Assembly (NCBI GenBank): GCA_963722655.1 | Contig: CAVRNT010000001.1 | Coordinates: forward strand, 244,994-308,993 | DNA length: 64,000 bases | Direction of reading: 5' to 3' | Origin: an uncultured bacterium | GTDB taxonomy: Bacteria > Patescibacteriota > Minisyncoccia > UBA6257 > GWB1-50-10 | Part shown: positions 23,583 to 33,578 of the stretch, in pieces | Layout: each line of letters begins with the position of its first letter | How positions within the stretch are numbered: the first letter of the stretch is position 1 | The notes under the pieces: generated by a model | What the model was told of the DNA's origin: nothing | The model's input: only the letters and a program-made list of their open reading frames with translations | Database searches by the model: none | Made by a program: the position numbers and the translations under genes

Positions 23583-23659
23583 CCTCCCCGCCACGCCAAT
23601 AAAATAAGAAAGCTCCGCGCGGGGCGCGGAGCGATGAAAGGCACGTTATCTCGGCCTAA

Positions 23660-23971
23660 CTAAGGCGGCCGTTCGTGAAGCCGCTCATAATCGAGTAGCG
23701 GCTCAAAGACGCATGGCGGTTTGTTCCGATGGCAGGAGCGCTCCAATGAGCCGCGCCTGCGAATGTCGCCGACCGGCGGCGAGTAGAAGCCGAGGTCTAG
23801 GACGGAAATATCCGGCAACGACAGCCGAATTTCTTTAAGTGGCGGGAATGCCAGCTCGTCAACAAGGGCAATGGGCGATTTTTTTATCGCGGCATCCATT
23901 GCCCTGATGGACCGAATGACGTCAATAAAGTCGTCATCCAGGCCGAAGATCATCACGAAAAGATTTCTCAA
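23660..23971 (-). CDS. hypothetical protein
   Basis: 103 aa; TTG start 6 nt after a strong AGGAGG SD; bidirectional terminator hairpin CTCCGCGCggggCGCGGAG downstream (23617-23635). Confidence 0.45.
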   Translation of the reverse strand: MRNLFVMIFGLDDDFIDVIRSIRAMDAAIKKSPIALVDELAFPPLKEIRLSLPDISVLDLGFYSPPVGDIRRRGSLERSCHRNKPPCVFEPLLDYERLHERPP

Positions 23972-24068
23972 TTCGGTCCTCCTGATGTTTAACCGCCTAC
24001 TTTTGAAATTTTAATGAACTAAAACGCGGTTGGAAGAATACGACCGAACGGCAAAATTGTCAACCCGG

Positions 24069-25424
24069 TCAAATGCTCCCGAGGTCCACGGATTCAAGCG
24101 TTTGGCCTTTGAGGAAGAACAGGTTCGAGCCGCTCAAATAGAATTTGGAGACGCCGTCCGAGATAATACTCGTGTTCTGGGGCGTCCGGTCGCCGAGTTC
24201 GACGACCGAGAGCGTGCCGCCCGCGAGCGTTAGGCCGTAGCCGGGATAGTCGGGGAGCCAGGCGAAATCGTCCGGAGCGCCGCCCGGGACGGCCACGGTC
24301 CAGTTCTCGCCGGCGGTGAATTGGTCATCGTTCCAGTAATCCTTGATGGCGAGGATCGAGAGTTGGCCGCCCGAGGAAAGGAGCGCCAACCGCTCCTCGC
24401 CCGGCGAGAGCCAGAAGTCGGCGACGCCTTTTGTGAGCGGCAGGAGCGTCTGGCCGCTCCGGTCGTATTCGGAGAGCGTACCGTCCTTTTGGAGCATGAA
24501 AAGTGTACCGCCCTCGGGCGTCACGGCCATCTTCGAGATGCTCGCCGCATCGATGGGAAATTCGTTCGTCGTCTGAAGGAGCAGATTGAAGATATCGAGC
24601 GTGCTCGAAGCATCGAGCGCGAAGACCTCGTTCTCGCTCACGGCCATGGCGGCGATGCCGCCAGTCTTGAAAAGGAGCGTTAGTTTCATCTGGCGCAGGT
24701 CCAACAGATAGACGGCCTTGGCCGAAGAGATGATGAGCCGGTTGCCGCTGAAGGGATGGAAGAAAACCCCGCTTATCGGCACCGTGCCCGTGAGGCCGAG
24801 CTGGGTTTGGCGCAAAGCGTTGAAGAGGTCGGTGACGTTCACAGCGTTCTCCGGTTCCGATAGATTTATCCAGAAGTAGCTCTGGCCGTCGGTCGTGACG
24901 ATGGCATTGCTCGATTGGTCGCTTAAAACCACGCTTTTCCCCTGGAGCGTGCTTCCGTCCAAGCGGAGCGCGCCGGACCGGTTTTGAAGGATGGCGCCGG
25001 CACTGGTCAGCCAGAAATCGGGGACGGTGCCAGTCGCGGCGGATCGGATCGGCCAAGCATCCGGCCAAAGCTCGATCTGCGAGGCCGAGGTGACGAGGCC
25101 GGAATCCACCGAGAGGTTCTCGGTCCACGCGGCGTAACCGTCAGAGGCGACGCGGACGCCGTAGTTGCCGGGAACGAGGTTGGGAATGAAGACGCCGCTC
25201 GAGAGGAAGCCGGCGCTCGCGGTCTGGAGCTTACCGTCCAGATATATCTGGGCGCCGCGGGGCGCGAACTTCAAAAAGAGCGCGCCGGTCTTCTCCACCC
25301 GGAATGTCTTAAGGTTCAAGACCCAGCCGCCCGCGGAAAGGGCGAGGTAGCCGCCGAGGAGGATGAAAACGGCGACGAGGGCGTAAAAAAAGAGGCGGCG
25401 GGTCCTTATTCGCATCAAAGACAT
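24069..25424 (-). CDS. membrane-anchored PEGA-domain protein with beta-propeller-like repeats
   Basis: N-terminal TM helix, then PEGA-like segment KFAPRGAQIYLDGKLQ...GNYGVRVASDGYAAW, then a repetitive beta-rich C-terminus. Confidence 0.55.
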   Translation of the reverse strand: MSLMRIRTRRLFFYALVAVFILLGGYLALSAGGWVLNLKTFRVEKTGALFLKFAPRGAQIYLDGKLQTASAGFLSSGVFIPNLVPGNYGVRVASDGYAAWTENLSVDSGLVTSASQIELWPDAWPIRSAATGTVPDFWLTSAGAILQNRSGALRLDGSTLQGKSVVLSDQSSNAIVTTDGQSYFWINLSEPENAVNVTDLFNALRQTQLGLTGTVPISGVFFHPFSGNRLIISSAKAVYLLDLRQMKLTLLFKTGGIAAMAVSENEVFALDASSTLDIFNLLLQTTNEFPIDAASISKMAVTPEGGTLFMLQKDGTLSEYDRSGQTLLPLTKGVADFWLSPGEERLALLSSGGQLSILAIKDYWNDDQFTAGENWTVAVPGGAPDDFAWLPDYPGYGLTLAGGTLSVVELGDRTPQNTSIISDGVSKFYLSGSNLFFLKGQTLESVDLGSI

Positions 25425-25487
25425 CTTACATCACAGCTTGAAATAAGGAAGTTGAAATTCCGCCCGGCAGGGAGTAAATTGATTCTG

Positions 25488-26495
25488 ATGTTCATCAGGA
25501 AGATCGGAATAGATCTAGGCACCACCAATACGATCGTCTTTTTGCCCAACCACGGGATCGTCATCAACGAGCCGACCGTGGTCGCCCTCCGCAAGCCCGA
25601 CAACGCGGTCCTTGCCGTCGGGGCCGAGGCCAAAGAGATGGTCGGCCGCACGCCGGACGACATCGTGACCTACAAGCCCCTCAAGGACGGCGTCATCGCC
25701 GAGTACTACGTGACCCAGGCGATGCTCAAATATTTCATCACGAAGAGCGTGGGCTCTTGGAACGTCTTCCGCCCCGACGTTGTGATCTCCGTGCCCGCCG
25801 GCATCACCTCCACCGAATACCGCGCCGTGATGAACGCCGCGAAGGAGGCGAGCGCCAAGGAGGCCTATCTCGTCAAAGAACCAATATTGGCTGCGCTTGG
25901 CGCCGGCATTCCCATCCACTCCGCGGAGGGGAACATGATCGTGAACATCGGCGGCGGGACGACCGAAGTGGCCGTGATCTCCTTGGGCGGCATCGTCACC
26001 TGGGCCTCGCTCCGCGTCGCCGGGAACCGCTTCGACCACTCGATCACCGAATACATCAAGAAGAAGTACGGCCTCGCGATCGGCGAGACGACGGCTGAGA
26101 ACGTCAAGATCGCGATCGGCACCGCCCTCCAGAACCGCAATAAGATGGAGATGAAGATCCGCGGCCGCGACCTCTCTTCGGGCCTGCCCAAGGACCTCGT
26201 CATTAACTCGAACGAGATCGCCGAGGCGGTGAACCCGCATCTCGTGGAGATCATGGGCGCGGTCCAGTCCGTCTTCAACGTCACGCCGCCGGAACTCGCC
26301 GCCGACATCATGGAAAAGGGCATCATCCTTTCGGGCGGCAGCGCCCAGCTCCGGGATATCGAGGAGTTCTTCAAGCGCTCTTTGGGCGTCGCGGCCTACG
26401 TCGCCGAGGAGCCCATCCTCTGCGTTTCGAAGGGCACGGCGATCATTTTGAACCATTTGGACGTCTACAAAAGGACCCTCCTCAACAAGCGCTAA
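25488..26495 (+). CDS. mreB: rod shape-determining protein MreB
   Basis: IGIDLGTTNT, VNIGGGTTEVAV, LSGGSAQLRDIEEF actin-fold motifs; 335 aa. Confidence 0.9.
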   Translation: MFIRKIGIDLGTTNTIVFLPNHGIVINEPTVVALRKPDNAVLAVGAEAKEMVGRTPDDIVTYKPLKDGVIAEYYVTQAMLKYFITKSVGSWNVFRPDVVISVPAGITSTEYRAVMNAAKEASAKEAYLVKEPILAALGAGIPIHSAEGNMIVNIGGGTTEVAVISLGGIVTWASLRVAGNRFDHSITEYIKKKYGLAIGETTAENVKIAIGTALQNRNKMEMKIRGRDLSSGLPKDLVINSNEIAEAVNPHLVEIMGAVQSVFNVTPPELAADIMEKGIILSGGSAQLRDIEEFFKRSLGVAAYVAEEPILCVSKGTAIILNHLDVYKRTLLNKR

Positions 26496-26498
26496 CCG

Positions 26499-27257
26499 AT
26501 GCTCTTCGGCTACGACTCCAAGACCGCCGCTTTCAAAAGGCTCATCCGGGAGGACAAACTTTCCCACGCCTACCTTTTTTACGGCGACGAGGGGATAGGC
26601 AAGAAGACCTTTGCCCGCCTCTTCGCCGCGGCGGTCGAGACGGGCAAATGGGAAGGATCGCGCGCGCCACTCATCGACGCCCTCTTTTTGGAACCGGGCG
26701 AAAACGGCAGCTTGGGCATCGAGGCCGTGAACGGCGCGAAGAACTTCCTCTACCAAAGACCGATCGCCTCGCCCAAGCGCTTCCTCCTCATCGGCCAATC
26801 GGAAGCCCTCACCCCCGAGGCCGAGGGGGCGCTCCTCAAGGTGGTCGAAGAGCCGCCGGAGCACGCGCTCATCGTCTTCGTGGCGCGGAGCCGAGAATTC
26901 TTCCTGCCGCCGCTCCTTTCGCGCTTGGAGAAGGTCTACTTCCCGCGGCTCTCGGTCAAAGAGGTGGAGAGATTTTTGAAGGAAGAGAAAGGGGTGATGG
27001 GCGAAACGGCCAAACGCGTCGCGAGCCAATCCTTCGGGAGCATAGGCCGGGCGCTTGCGGTCATCGAGGGCGTTAAGCCCGATCCCGAGGACGTCCTCGC
27101 CGAACTGCGCTCCGAGATCGTCCGGCTCTATCGGGCGGACGTCCGGAAGAACGCCTCGAAGCTCCGCTGGCTCCTCGAGCGCGAAACGCTCATTTCGCGG
27201 TATAATCTGAACATGAACCTGCAGAAGAAGGCCATCCAGGAAACGCTCAACGGTTAA
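26499..27257 (+). CDS. holB: DNA polymerase III delta-prime-like subunit (AAA+ clamp-loader family)
   Basis: HAYLFYGDEGIGKKTFARLFA P-loop-like segment and sensor regions; 252 aa. Confidence 0.65.
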   Translation: MLFGYDSKTAAFKRLIREDKLSHAYLFYGDEGIGKKTFARLFAAAVETGKWEGSRAPLIDALFLEPGENGSLGIEAVNGAKNFLYQRPIASPKRFLLIGQSEALTPEAEGALLKVVEEPPEHALIVFVARSREFFLPPLLSRLEKVYFPRLSVKEVERFLKEEKGVMGETAKRVASQSFGSIGRALAVIEGVKPDPEDVLAELRSEIVRLYRADVRKNASKLRWLLERETLISRYNLNMNLQKKAIQETLNG

Positions 27258-27269
27258 AAATTCGAAGAT

Positions 27270-27824
27270 TTGAACATGGACTATCTCGATAATTTAAAGA
27301 AAGAGACGGCCAAATTAATAGATAGCTTCAAGAAGGCCGTCTCCGGCATCCGCACCGGGCGGCCGCAAGCGGCCCTCGTCGAGGACCTCCGGGTGGACTA
27401 CTACGGCCAGACGCTGCCCGTAAAGCAGGTGGGGACGATCGGCGTCCAGCCGCCGCGCGACATCGTCATCCAGGCCTGGGACAAGAACGCCGTCCCCGCG
27501 ATCGCCAAGGCCATCGAGTCCTCGACCTTGAACCTCTCGGCCGCCGTCGAGGGGAACATCGTCCGGGTCCATCTGCCGGAGCTCTCGGCCGAGAGGCGCG
27601 AGGAGCTCAAGAAGCACGTGGGCAAGCTCACGGAGGAGCACCGCATCGAACTGCGGCGGGTCCGCGACGAGGCCAAAAAGCAGACCGACGCGCTTTCCGA
27701 CAAAGGGGAGTTCAGCGAGGACGACAAGTTCCAGGCCCGGGAGGAGATCCAAAAAGAAGTGGACCGCGCGAACGATGAGTTTCAGAAGATCTTCGACGCG
27801 AAGATCAAGGAAATAAGCGAATGA
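27270..27824 (+). CDS. frr: ribosome recycling factor
   Basis: 184 aa; RRF signature ...IRTGRPQAALVEDLRVDYYGQTLPVKQVGTI... Confidence 0.9.
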   Translation: MNMDYLDNLKKETAKLIDSFKKAVSGIRTGRPQAALVEDLRVDYYGQTLPVKQVGTIGVQPPRDIVIQAWDKNAVPAIAKAIESSTLNLSAAVEGNIVRVHLPELSAERREELKKHVGKLTEEHRIELRRVRDEAKKQTDALSDKGEFSEDDKFQAREEIQKEVDRANDEFQKIFDAKIKEISE

Positions 27825-28882
27825 TCACCCTCATCGTCATATTAAGCCTCGCGGTCCTGGTCCTGCTCCACGAATTCGGCCACTTCATCGTGGCCAAACT
27901 TTTCAAGATGCAGGTGGACGAGTTCGGCATCGGCTTTCCGCCGCGCCTCTTGAAAAAGAAGATCGGCAAGACGCTCTACAGCTTGAACCTCCTGCCCTTC
28001 GGCGGCTTCGTGAAGATATACGGCGAGGAAGGGGAGAAGGACGTGAAGCGGAGCGAGCGGGGTTTCAACGAACGTAAGGGATGGCAGAGATTCCTCACCG
28101 TCATCGCGGGGGTCTGCATGAACTTCCTTCTCGGCTGGGTCATATTGAGCGTCGTTCTCATGATCGGCGCGCCCTCGCACCTCGTGGTCGCGGACGTCCT
28201 GCCGAACTCTCCGGCCGCCTCCGCCGGCATCCAAAGCGGCGACGTGATGCTTGGGGTCACATCCGGTGGCCAAACGCTCGCCGACCCGATCGACGTGAAC
28301 GCCTTCGTGGATTTGGTGAAGGCGAGCGAGGACAAGAACGTTTCGCTCGAGATCGGCCGCGGGAAGGAAACACTGAACCTCTCTTTGGAGAAGCGGGTGC
28401 CCGCGCCGCCCGGGGAAGGCCAACTCGGCGTTTCCTTGGCCGACGTGGGCTTCGCTGCCGAGCCCTTCTTCAAAAGCTTGGGCGACGGTTTCACCGAGAC
28501 CCTGAATATCATCGGCCTGACCTTCACCGGACTTTACACCGTCGTTGCCGGGCTGTTCGCGGTGGGCGGGAGCGCCCTCCAAGGGATCGCGGGGCCGGTC
28601 GGCATCGTCTTCCTCGCCTCGCAGGTCACCTCATTGGGCGTCGTCTATTTCCTTCAGCTCCTCGCCTTGATCTCCGTGAACCTGGCCGTCTTGAACCTTC
28701 TGCCCTTTCCGGCCCTGGACGGCGGCCGGGCGCTCTTCATTTTGATCGAGAAAATAAAGGGTTCTCCGGTGCCGAAAATTGCGGAAAACTGGATTAACGG
28801 TCTCGGGTTCATCGCGCTTATAATACTCATGGTGTTCGTGACGGCCCACGATTTAAGCCGTTTCCTCAACTGGAACATATGA
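27821..28882 (+). CDS. rseP: RIP metalloprotease RseP (site-2 protease)
   Basis: HEFGH zinc motif in TM1, PDZ domain, LDGG motif near the C-terminus. Confidence 0.85.
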   Translation: MITLIVILSLAVLVLLHEFGHFIVAKLFKMQVDEFGIGFPPRLLKKKIGKTLYSLNLLPFGGFVKIYGEEGEKDVKRSERGFNERKGWQRFLTVIAGVCMNFLLGWVILSVVLMIGAPSHLVVADVLPNSPAASAGIQSGDVMLGVTSGGQTLADPIDVNAFVDLVKASEDKNVSLEIGRGKETLNLSLEKRVPAPPGEGQLGVSLADVGFAAEPFFKSLGDGFTETLNIIGLTFTGLYTVVAGLFAVGGSALQGIAGPVGIVFLASQVTSLGVVYFLQLLALISVNLAVLNLLPFPALDGGRALFILIEKIKGSPVPKIAENWINGLGFIALIILMVFVTAHDLSRFLNWNI

Positions 28883-29853
28883 GAAACGGGACAAGAAAAA
28901 GAAAAAAGATAGCGGTGATGATGGGCGGACCTTCGCCCGAGCACGAGGTGTCGCTCAAGAGCGGCCAGAACGTCCTGAAGCATCTCAACCCGGAAAAGTT
29001 CGAGAGCTTCGAGTTCGTCATTCCGAGAAGCGGGGAGTGGCCGCTCCCGGCGGATGACCTGCGCGCCCGGGCGGACGTTGCCTTCATTGCGATGCACGGT
29101 CCGTACGGCGAGGATGGGACGGTCCAGCATATTTTGGAAATGATGCCGTTGCCCCACACCGGCTCCTCGGCCGCCTCATCCGCCTTGGGGATGAACAAGT
29201 TCATCTCTCTCCGGCACCTGGCCGATCACGGAATTTTGGTGCCGCGGACGCTCCTTTTCCACCGCCTGGAGTGGCAGCTGGACCGAGCGGCCGTTTTGCA
29301 GAAGATAAAATGGTATTTGGAAAAACCGTGGGTCGTGAAGCCCAATCGCGGCGGCTCAAGCATCGGTGTGCGCATCGCTCCCGAACCCGACGATCTTTTC
29401 CATGCGCTGGAGGCCGCTTTTACGGCCGACCCCGACGTCATCGTGGAGCCATTCATCTCCGGGAGGGAATACACCTGCGCGGTCTTGGACTCCGGTTTGC
29501 CGGGGACGGCCTTCGCCTTGCCGGTCACGGAGATCGTTCCGCAAAAGAGCCTGTTCTTTGACTACGAGGCCAAGTACACGCCGGGCGCTTCGCTCGAGAT
29601 CACTCCCGCCCGTGTGCCGCAATCGTATAAGACCGCTTTCCAGAGGATCGCGCTCCAAGCGCACCACGCCTTGGGCTGCCGGGGATTTTCGCGGACGGAC
29701 ATGATATTGGGGAAGGACAAAAAGATCTACGTTTTGGAAGTGAACACCATCCCGGGTCTCACTGAAAATTCTCTTCTTCCCAAGGCCACCGAGGTTTACG
29801 GTCTGCCGATGGAGAAGGTATTGGACATCGTGATAGAAGCGGCGCTGAGATAA
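28879..29853 (+). CDS. ddl: D-alanine--D-alanine ligase
   Basis: ATP-grasp; IAVMMGGPSPEHEVSLKSG N-terminal motif, KPNRGGSSIGV, EVNTIPG. Confidence 0.85.
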   Translation: MRNGTRKRKKIAVMMGGPSPEHEVSLKSGQNVLKHLNPEKFESFEFVIPRSGEWPLPADDLRARADVAFIAMHGPYGEDGTVQHILEMMPLPHTGSSAASSALGMNKFISLRHLADHGILVPRTLLFHRLEWQLDRAAVLQKIKWYLEKPWVVKPNRGGSSIGVRIAPEPDDLFHALEAAFTADPDVIVEPFISGREYTCAVLDSGLPGTAFALPVTEIVPQKSLFFDYEAKYTPGASLEITPARVPQSYKTAFQRIALQAHHALGCRGFSRTDMILGKDKKIYVLEVNTIPGLTENSLLPKATEVYGLPMEKVLDIVIEAALR

Positions 29854-29994
29854 CAAGAACAAGCGACAAGGGACAAGAAACAAGCATGACGGCCGCTATT
29901 GACGAAATAGCGTTCTTTGGCGTATAACTTCGGTGAAATCAGGGAAGCTGATTTCAAGAGTTTCGTTATTTTCAAACTTAAAAGGAGATAATCA

Positions 29995-30507
29995 ATGGTA
30001 CAGTCTTTTCTACACCGTCATCCAGTGCTATCTATATTAGCTAGCGTTGCTGTAGGCGGCATTATTTCCGGAGTAATTGTATTGCTTGCAATCCTGACTA
30101 ATAACCAGGGAAAAGAAACACCATTTTCTAAGGAAAAAGTTTCTTTCATCAACACAGGACTCATTGTCGGCAAGCCGGTCGTGTACGAGATATCTCCCAA
30201 CTCCTTCATCAAGGTGAAGGTGGCATGGAACGGCCTAAACGGACATGAACCGCCGGGGATGCTGGACGTTTTGGTATCGACGCCAAAATCCGCCGATCTG
30301 TCGATAATGCAGTATCTGTCGCCCGGCAAGAAGATCTATTTCTACGTGGTGAACGTGACGCAGCAGATGCGCCAGCCGCCTTACGGTAGCAGCACTTTGA
30401 TCGGCATCGATATTCCCGAGATGGACGTGCTCGCGGCGGTGAAGGCCGATTCGGTCCAGGTCGTGGAAAGCGCGGCCGCAAAACAAAAACCGCCGAAATT
30501 TCCGTAA
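29995..30507 (+). CDS. membrane-anchored hypothetical protein
   Basis: 170 aa; good promoter (TTGACG-18-TATAAC), a 5'UTR hairpin and an AAAGGAG RBS; locally lower GC. Confidence 0.5.
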   Translation: MVQSFLHRHPVLSILASVAVGGIISGVIVLLAILTNNQGKETPFSKEKVSFINTGLIVGKPVVYEISPNSFIKVKVAWNGLNGHEPPGMLDVLVSTPKSADLSIMQYLSPGKKIYFYVVNVTQQMRQPPYGSSTLIGIDIPEMDVLAAVKADSVQVVESAAAKQKPPKFP

Positions 30508-30518
30508 ATATTCCATGA

Positions 30519-30556
30519 GGCACAGGCCGTGCGCAAGCAAATTGCGTGCGGCCTTT
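30519..30556 (+). terminator. rho-independent terminator
   Basis: GGCCGTGCGCAAgcaaaTTGCGTGCGGCC followed by tttttcttt. Confidence 0.6.
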
Positions 30557-30568
30557 TTCTTTGTTAAT

Positions 30569-31837
30569 ATGGCTCCGATGAGGCAATCGGAGCTTTTCTC
30601 GAAGACGGCCAAGGACTTCCCCAAGGACGAGGTGGCCATAAACGCCCAGTATCTCATCCGGGCGAATTTCGTCGCCAAATTGATGGCCGGCGTTTATTCC
30701 TTCATGCCCCTGGGCCTCCGGACCTTGGACAAGATAATGGCGATCATCCGGGAGGAGATGAACGCGCTCGGCTCGAGCGAGATCTTGATGCCCGCCCTCC
30801 ATCCGCGCTCCATTTGGGACGCGACCGGCCGGTGGGAGACGATGAAGAAAGTGATGTACCAGTTCAAGGACGAGGGCGGCCACGAGTTCGGCCTCGGACC
30901 GACCCACGAAGAGGTCGTCGCCATCTTGGCCAAGGGCATCATCGGCTCCTACGCCGATCTGCCGATCTCGACCTACCAGATCCAGATGAAGTTCCGGAAC
31001 GAGCCGCGGGCCAAGTCGGGACTCATCCGCGGGCGCGAGTTCATCATGAAGGACCTCTACAGTTTCCACGCCGACGAGCAATCCTTAGACGAATTCTACG
31101 AGCGTTCCAAGAAGGCCTATTTGAACGTCTTCGAGCGCTGCGGGCTCAAGGCCTACGTGACCGAGGCCTCGGGCGGCGATTTCACCAAGAACTTCTCGCA
31201 TGAATTCATGGTGGAGACCCCGGCGGGCGAGGACGAGGTCCTCTTGTGCCGACTCTGCGGTTTCGCCCAGAACCAGGAGATCGCGGAGGTCAAAAAAGGC
31301 GCCCGCTGCCCCAAGTGCGAGAGCGGCGTTTTGGAAAAAGTGACGGCCGTCGAGGTGGGGAACATATTCAAACTGGGGACGAAGTTCTCGGAGGGGGCGA
31401 ACCTGTACTTCAAGGACAGGACCGGGGCCCAAAAGCCCGTCATCATGGCCTCCTATGGCATCGGCGTCGACCGCCTGATGGGGACTATCGTCGAGGTCCA
31501 TCACGACGAGAATGGCATCATCTGGCCCGAGGCGGTGGCCCCGTACCAGGTCCACCTTCTGCGCCTCGGCGACGAACCGGAGCTTCAAAAATTCGCGGAG
31601 GCGGCCTATAATCAGCTCACGAAATCCGGGGTCGAGGTGCTCTACGACGACCGGGGCAAAATTTCGGCCGGCGAGAAGTTCTTCGACGCCGACCTCATCG
31701 GGCTGCCGTACCGCGTCGTCGCGAGCGGCAAGACGATGGTCCAGGAGAAAGTGGAAGTGAAAAAGCGCGATGAAAAGGAGAGCAAGCTGATGAAAGTGGA
31801 AGAAGTGACGAAATATTTAAAGATCCAAAGACAATGA
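30569..31837 (+). CDS. proS: prolyl-tRNA synthetase (short form lacking INS editing domain)
   Basis: Class II motif 2 FRNEPRAKSGLIRGREFIMKDLYSF; ProRS N-terminus MRQSELFSKT..; CxxC...CxxC zinc knuckle; C-terminal anticodon-binding domain. Confidence 0.85.
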   Translation: MAPMRQSELFSKTAKDFPKDEVAINAQYLIRANFVAKLMAGVYSFMPLGLRTLDKIMAIIREEMNALGSSEILMPALHPRSIWDATGRWETMKKVMYQFKDEGGHEFGLGPTHEEVVAILAKGIIGSYADLPISTYQIQMKFRNEPRAKSGLIRGREFIMKDLYSFHADEQSLDEFYERSKKAYLNVFERCGLKAYVTEASGGDFTKNFSHEFMVETPAGEDEVLLCRLCGFAQNQEIAEVKKGARCPKCESGVLEKVTAVEVGNIFKLGTKFSEGANLYFKDRTGAQKPVIMASYGIGVDRLMGTIVEVHHDENGIIWPEAVAPYQVHLLRLGDEPELQKFAEAAYNQLTKSGVEVLYDDRGKISAGEKFFDADLIGLPYRVVASGKTMVQEKVEVKKRDEKESKLMKVEEVTKYLKIQRQ

Positions 31838-32862
31838 TCTTCAAGAAAACATTGGGCATCGATCTCGGGACGGACACCACTCAGGTGTACCTCAAGGGGA
31901 CGGGGATAATTTTAAGCGAACCTTCGATCGTCGCCTTCAACAACCGGACGAACCGCGTGGTCGCGGTCGGCAACGACGCGAAGCGGATGCTCTCGCGCAC
32001 CCCGGCCCACGTCACCGCCCTCCGGCCGATGGTCGGCGGCGTGATCGGCGATTTCGATATGGCGAAGGAGATGATCGAGCGCTTTTTGAAGGACAAGCGC
32101 ATCCCGTGGTCTTGGCTCACTTCGACGATTGTCTCCGTGCCCACGAACCTCACGGAAGTGGAACGGAAATCGGTCGAGGACCTCCTCCGCGAGGTGGGGG
32201 TCGGCGAGGTCCATCTCGTGGAGCAGCCGATTGCGGCGGCCTTGGGGAGCCGGCTTACCATCAACGAGCCGACGGCCTACCTCATCGTCGATATCGGCGC
32301 CGGCACGACCGACATGGCCATCATCTCGATGGACGGCATTGTGAAGTCGCGCCGCCTCAAGATCGCCGGCGACTATTTGGACCAAGAGATAATGAAGAGT
32401 GTCCGGGACGAGTTCCGGCTCTTCGTCGGCGAGCCGACGGCCGAGGAGATCAAGATCGCGGTTGGCGCCGCCGTACCCCAGTCGGAGCACCTTGAGCTCG
32501 TCATCCGCGGCCGGGACGCTTCGACCGGCCTCCCGCGCGAGATGGTCATCAAGGACACCCAAGTCCGGCCTTGGATAACGCGGACCCTTAAGGCCCTCGT
32601 TGAGGCCTTGAAGGATCTTATTGACGAGACGCCGCCGGAGCTCGTGGGCGACATCTACAAGAACGGCGTCTATCTTTGCGGCGGCGGCAGTCTGCTCCGG
32701 GGCATCGATCAGCTCTTCCAAAAGGAAATCGGCGTCGAGGTGCGGATCGTGGACGAACCGCTCCTTTGCGTCGCCCGCGGGACGGGCCTCATCGCCGAGG
32801 ACCTGCGGACCTACGGGAACCTCCTCGACAACTTCGCGAGCACCAAGGTGATCAACCTATGA
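31834..32862 (+). CDS. mreB: MreB-family actin homolog (second paralog)
   Basis: LGIDLGTDTTQV, VDIGAGTTDMAI, LCGGGSLLRGID motifs; directly upstream of mreC/mreD. Confidence 0.85.
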   Translation: MIFKKTLGIDLGTDTTQVYLKGTGIILSEPSIVAFNNRTNRVVAVGNDAKRMLSRTPAHVTALRPMVGGVIGDFDMAKEMIERFLKDKRIPWSWLTSTIVSVPTNLTEVERKSVEDLLREVGVGEVHLVEQPIAAALGSRLTINEPTAYLIVDIGAGTTDMAIISMDGIVKSRRLKIAGDYLDQEIMKSVRDEFRLFVGEPTAEEIKIAVGAAVPQSEHLELVIRGRDASTGLPREMVIKDTQVRPWITRTLKALVEALKDLIDETPPELVGDIYKNGVYLCGGGSLLRGIDQLFQKEIGVEVRIVDEPLLCVARGTGLIAEDLRTYGNLLDNFASTKVINL

Positions 32863-33575
32863 GGTCGTTCAAGGTCTTGGTCTTGGGCCTCGCCGCGGTT
32901 ATAGTGCTCGGCTTGGCCTTTTGGGGGAGGGATGCCATTCTCGTTTTCTTCAATAACTTACGGCTGACCTTCACGGGGGCCGCCGATCCGAACTTCAACT
33001 ATCAAAATTTCAGCGCCTTGGAAACGGAGAATGCCGGCCTCAAGGCGGAACTTTCGAACTACTTGCGCTTCAAGAACGCCACCGGCACGCCCGTCTTCGG
33101 CGGTGGCCGGTACGAGTACCTCTCGGCCGAGGTCCAATCCGACTATCCCTTCAATGATTACGCGGCGATCGTGATCGGCGCGGGCGCGAAGGATGGATTG
33201 AAGCCCGGCATGCCGGTCCTCGAAGGCGACGGCGTCCTCATCGGGAAGGTCAACACCGTCTCGGGGAGTCAAAGCGAAGTGGAGACCATCTTCGACCCGG
33301 CTTGGCGGAGCGCCGTCGTCATCGGTTCCGGCCGGACGAAGGCCCTGCTTTCGGGCGGCACCACGCCGAATTTGGACCTCATCCCCAAGAACGCGGGGGT
33401 CCAGACGGGCGACCAAGTTTTGAGCATCGCGACCGATCTACCCATCGATCTACTAGTCGGGGGGATCTCGTCATTGAGCGCCAATCCTTCTGGGCTTTGG
33501 GCCAAGGCGACCTTGACCCTCCCGTGGGAACCGGGGAACTTGGACAAGATCTACGTCGTCACCAATTTCCCGTAG
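32859..33575 (+). CDS. mreC: rod shape-determining protein MreC
   Basis: N-terminal TM, coiled-coil, beta-rich C-domain (GMPVL..DGVLIGKV); start overlaps the mreB2 stop; position in the mre operon. Confidence 0.7.
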   Translation: MRSFKVLVLGLAAVIVLGLAFWGRDAILVFFNNLRLTFTGAADPNFNYQNFSALETENAGLKAELSNYLRFKNATGTPVFGGGRYEYLSAEVQSDYPFNDYAAIVIGAGAKDGLKPGMPVLEGDGVLIGKVNTVSGSQSEVETIFDPAWRSAVVIGSGRTKALLSGGTTPNLDLIPKNAGVQTGDQVLSIATDLPIDLLVGGISSLSANPSGLWAKATLTLPWEPGNLDKIYVVTNFP

Positions 33576-33578
33576 CCG

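Noticed and set aside
29854-29890. ACAAG pentamer repeated 5 times downstream of ddl
   Set aside because: It is a short low-complexity run and is more likely part of the promoter/UTR of the next gene than a functional repeat array.
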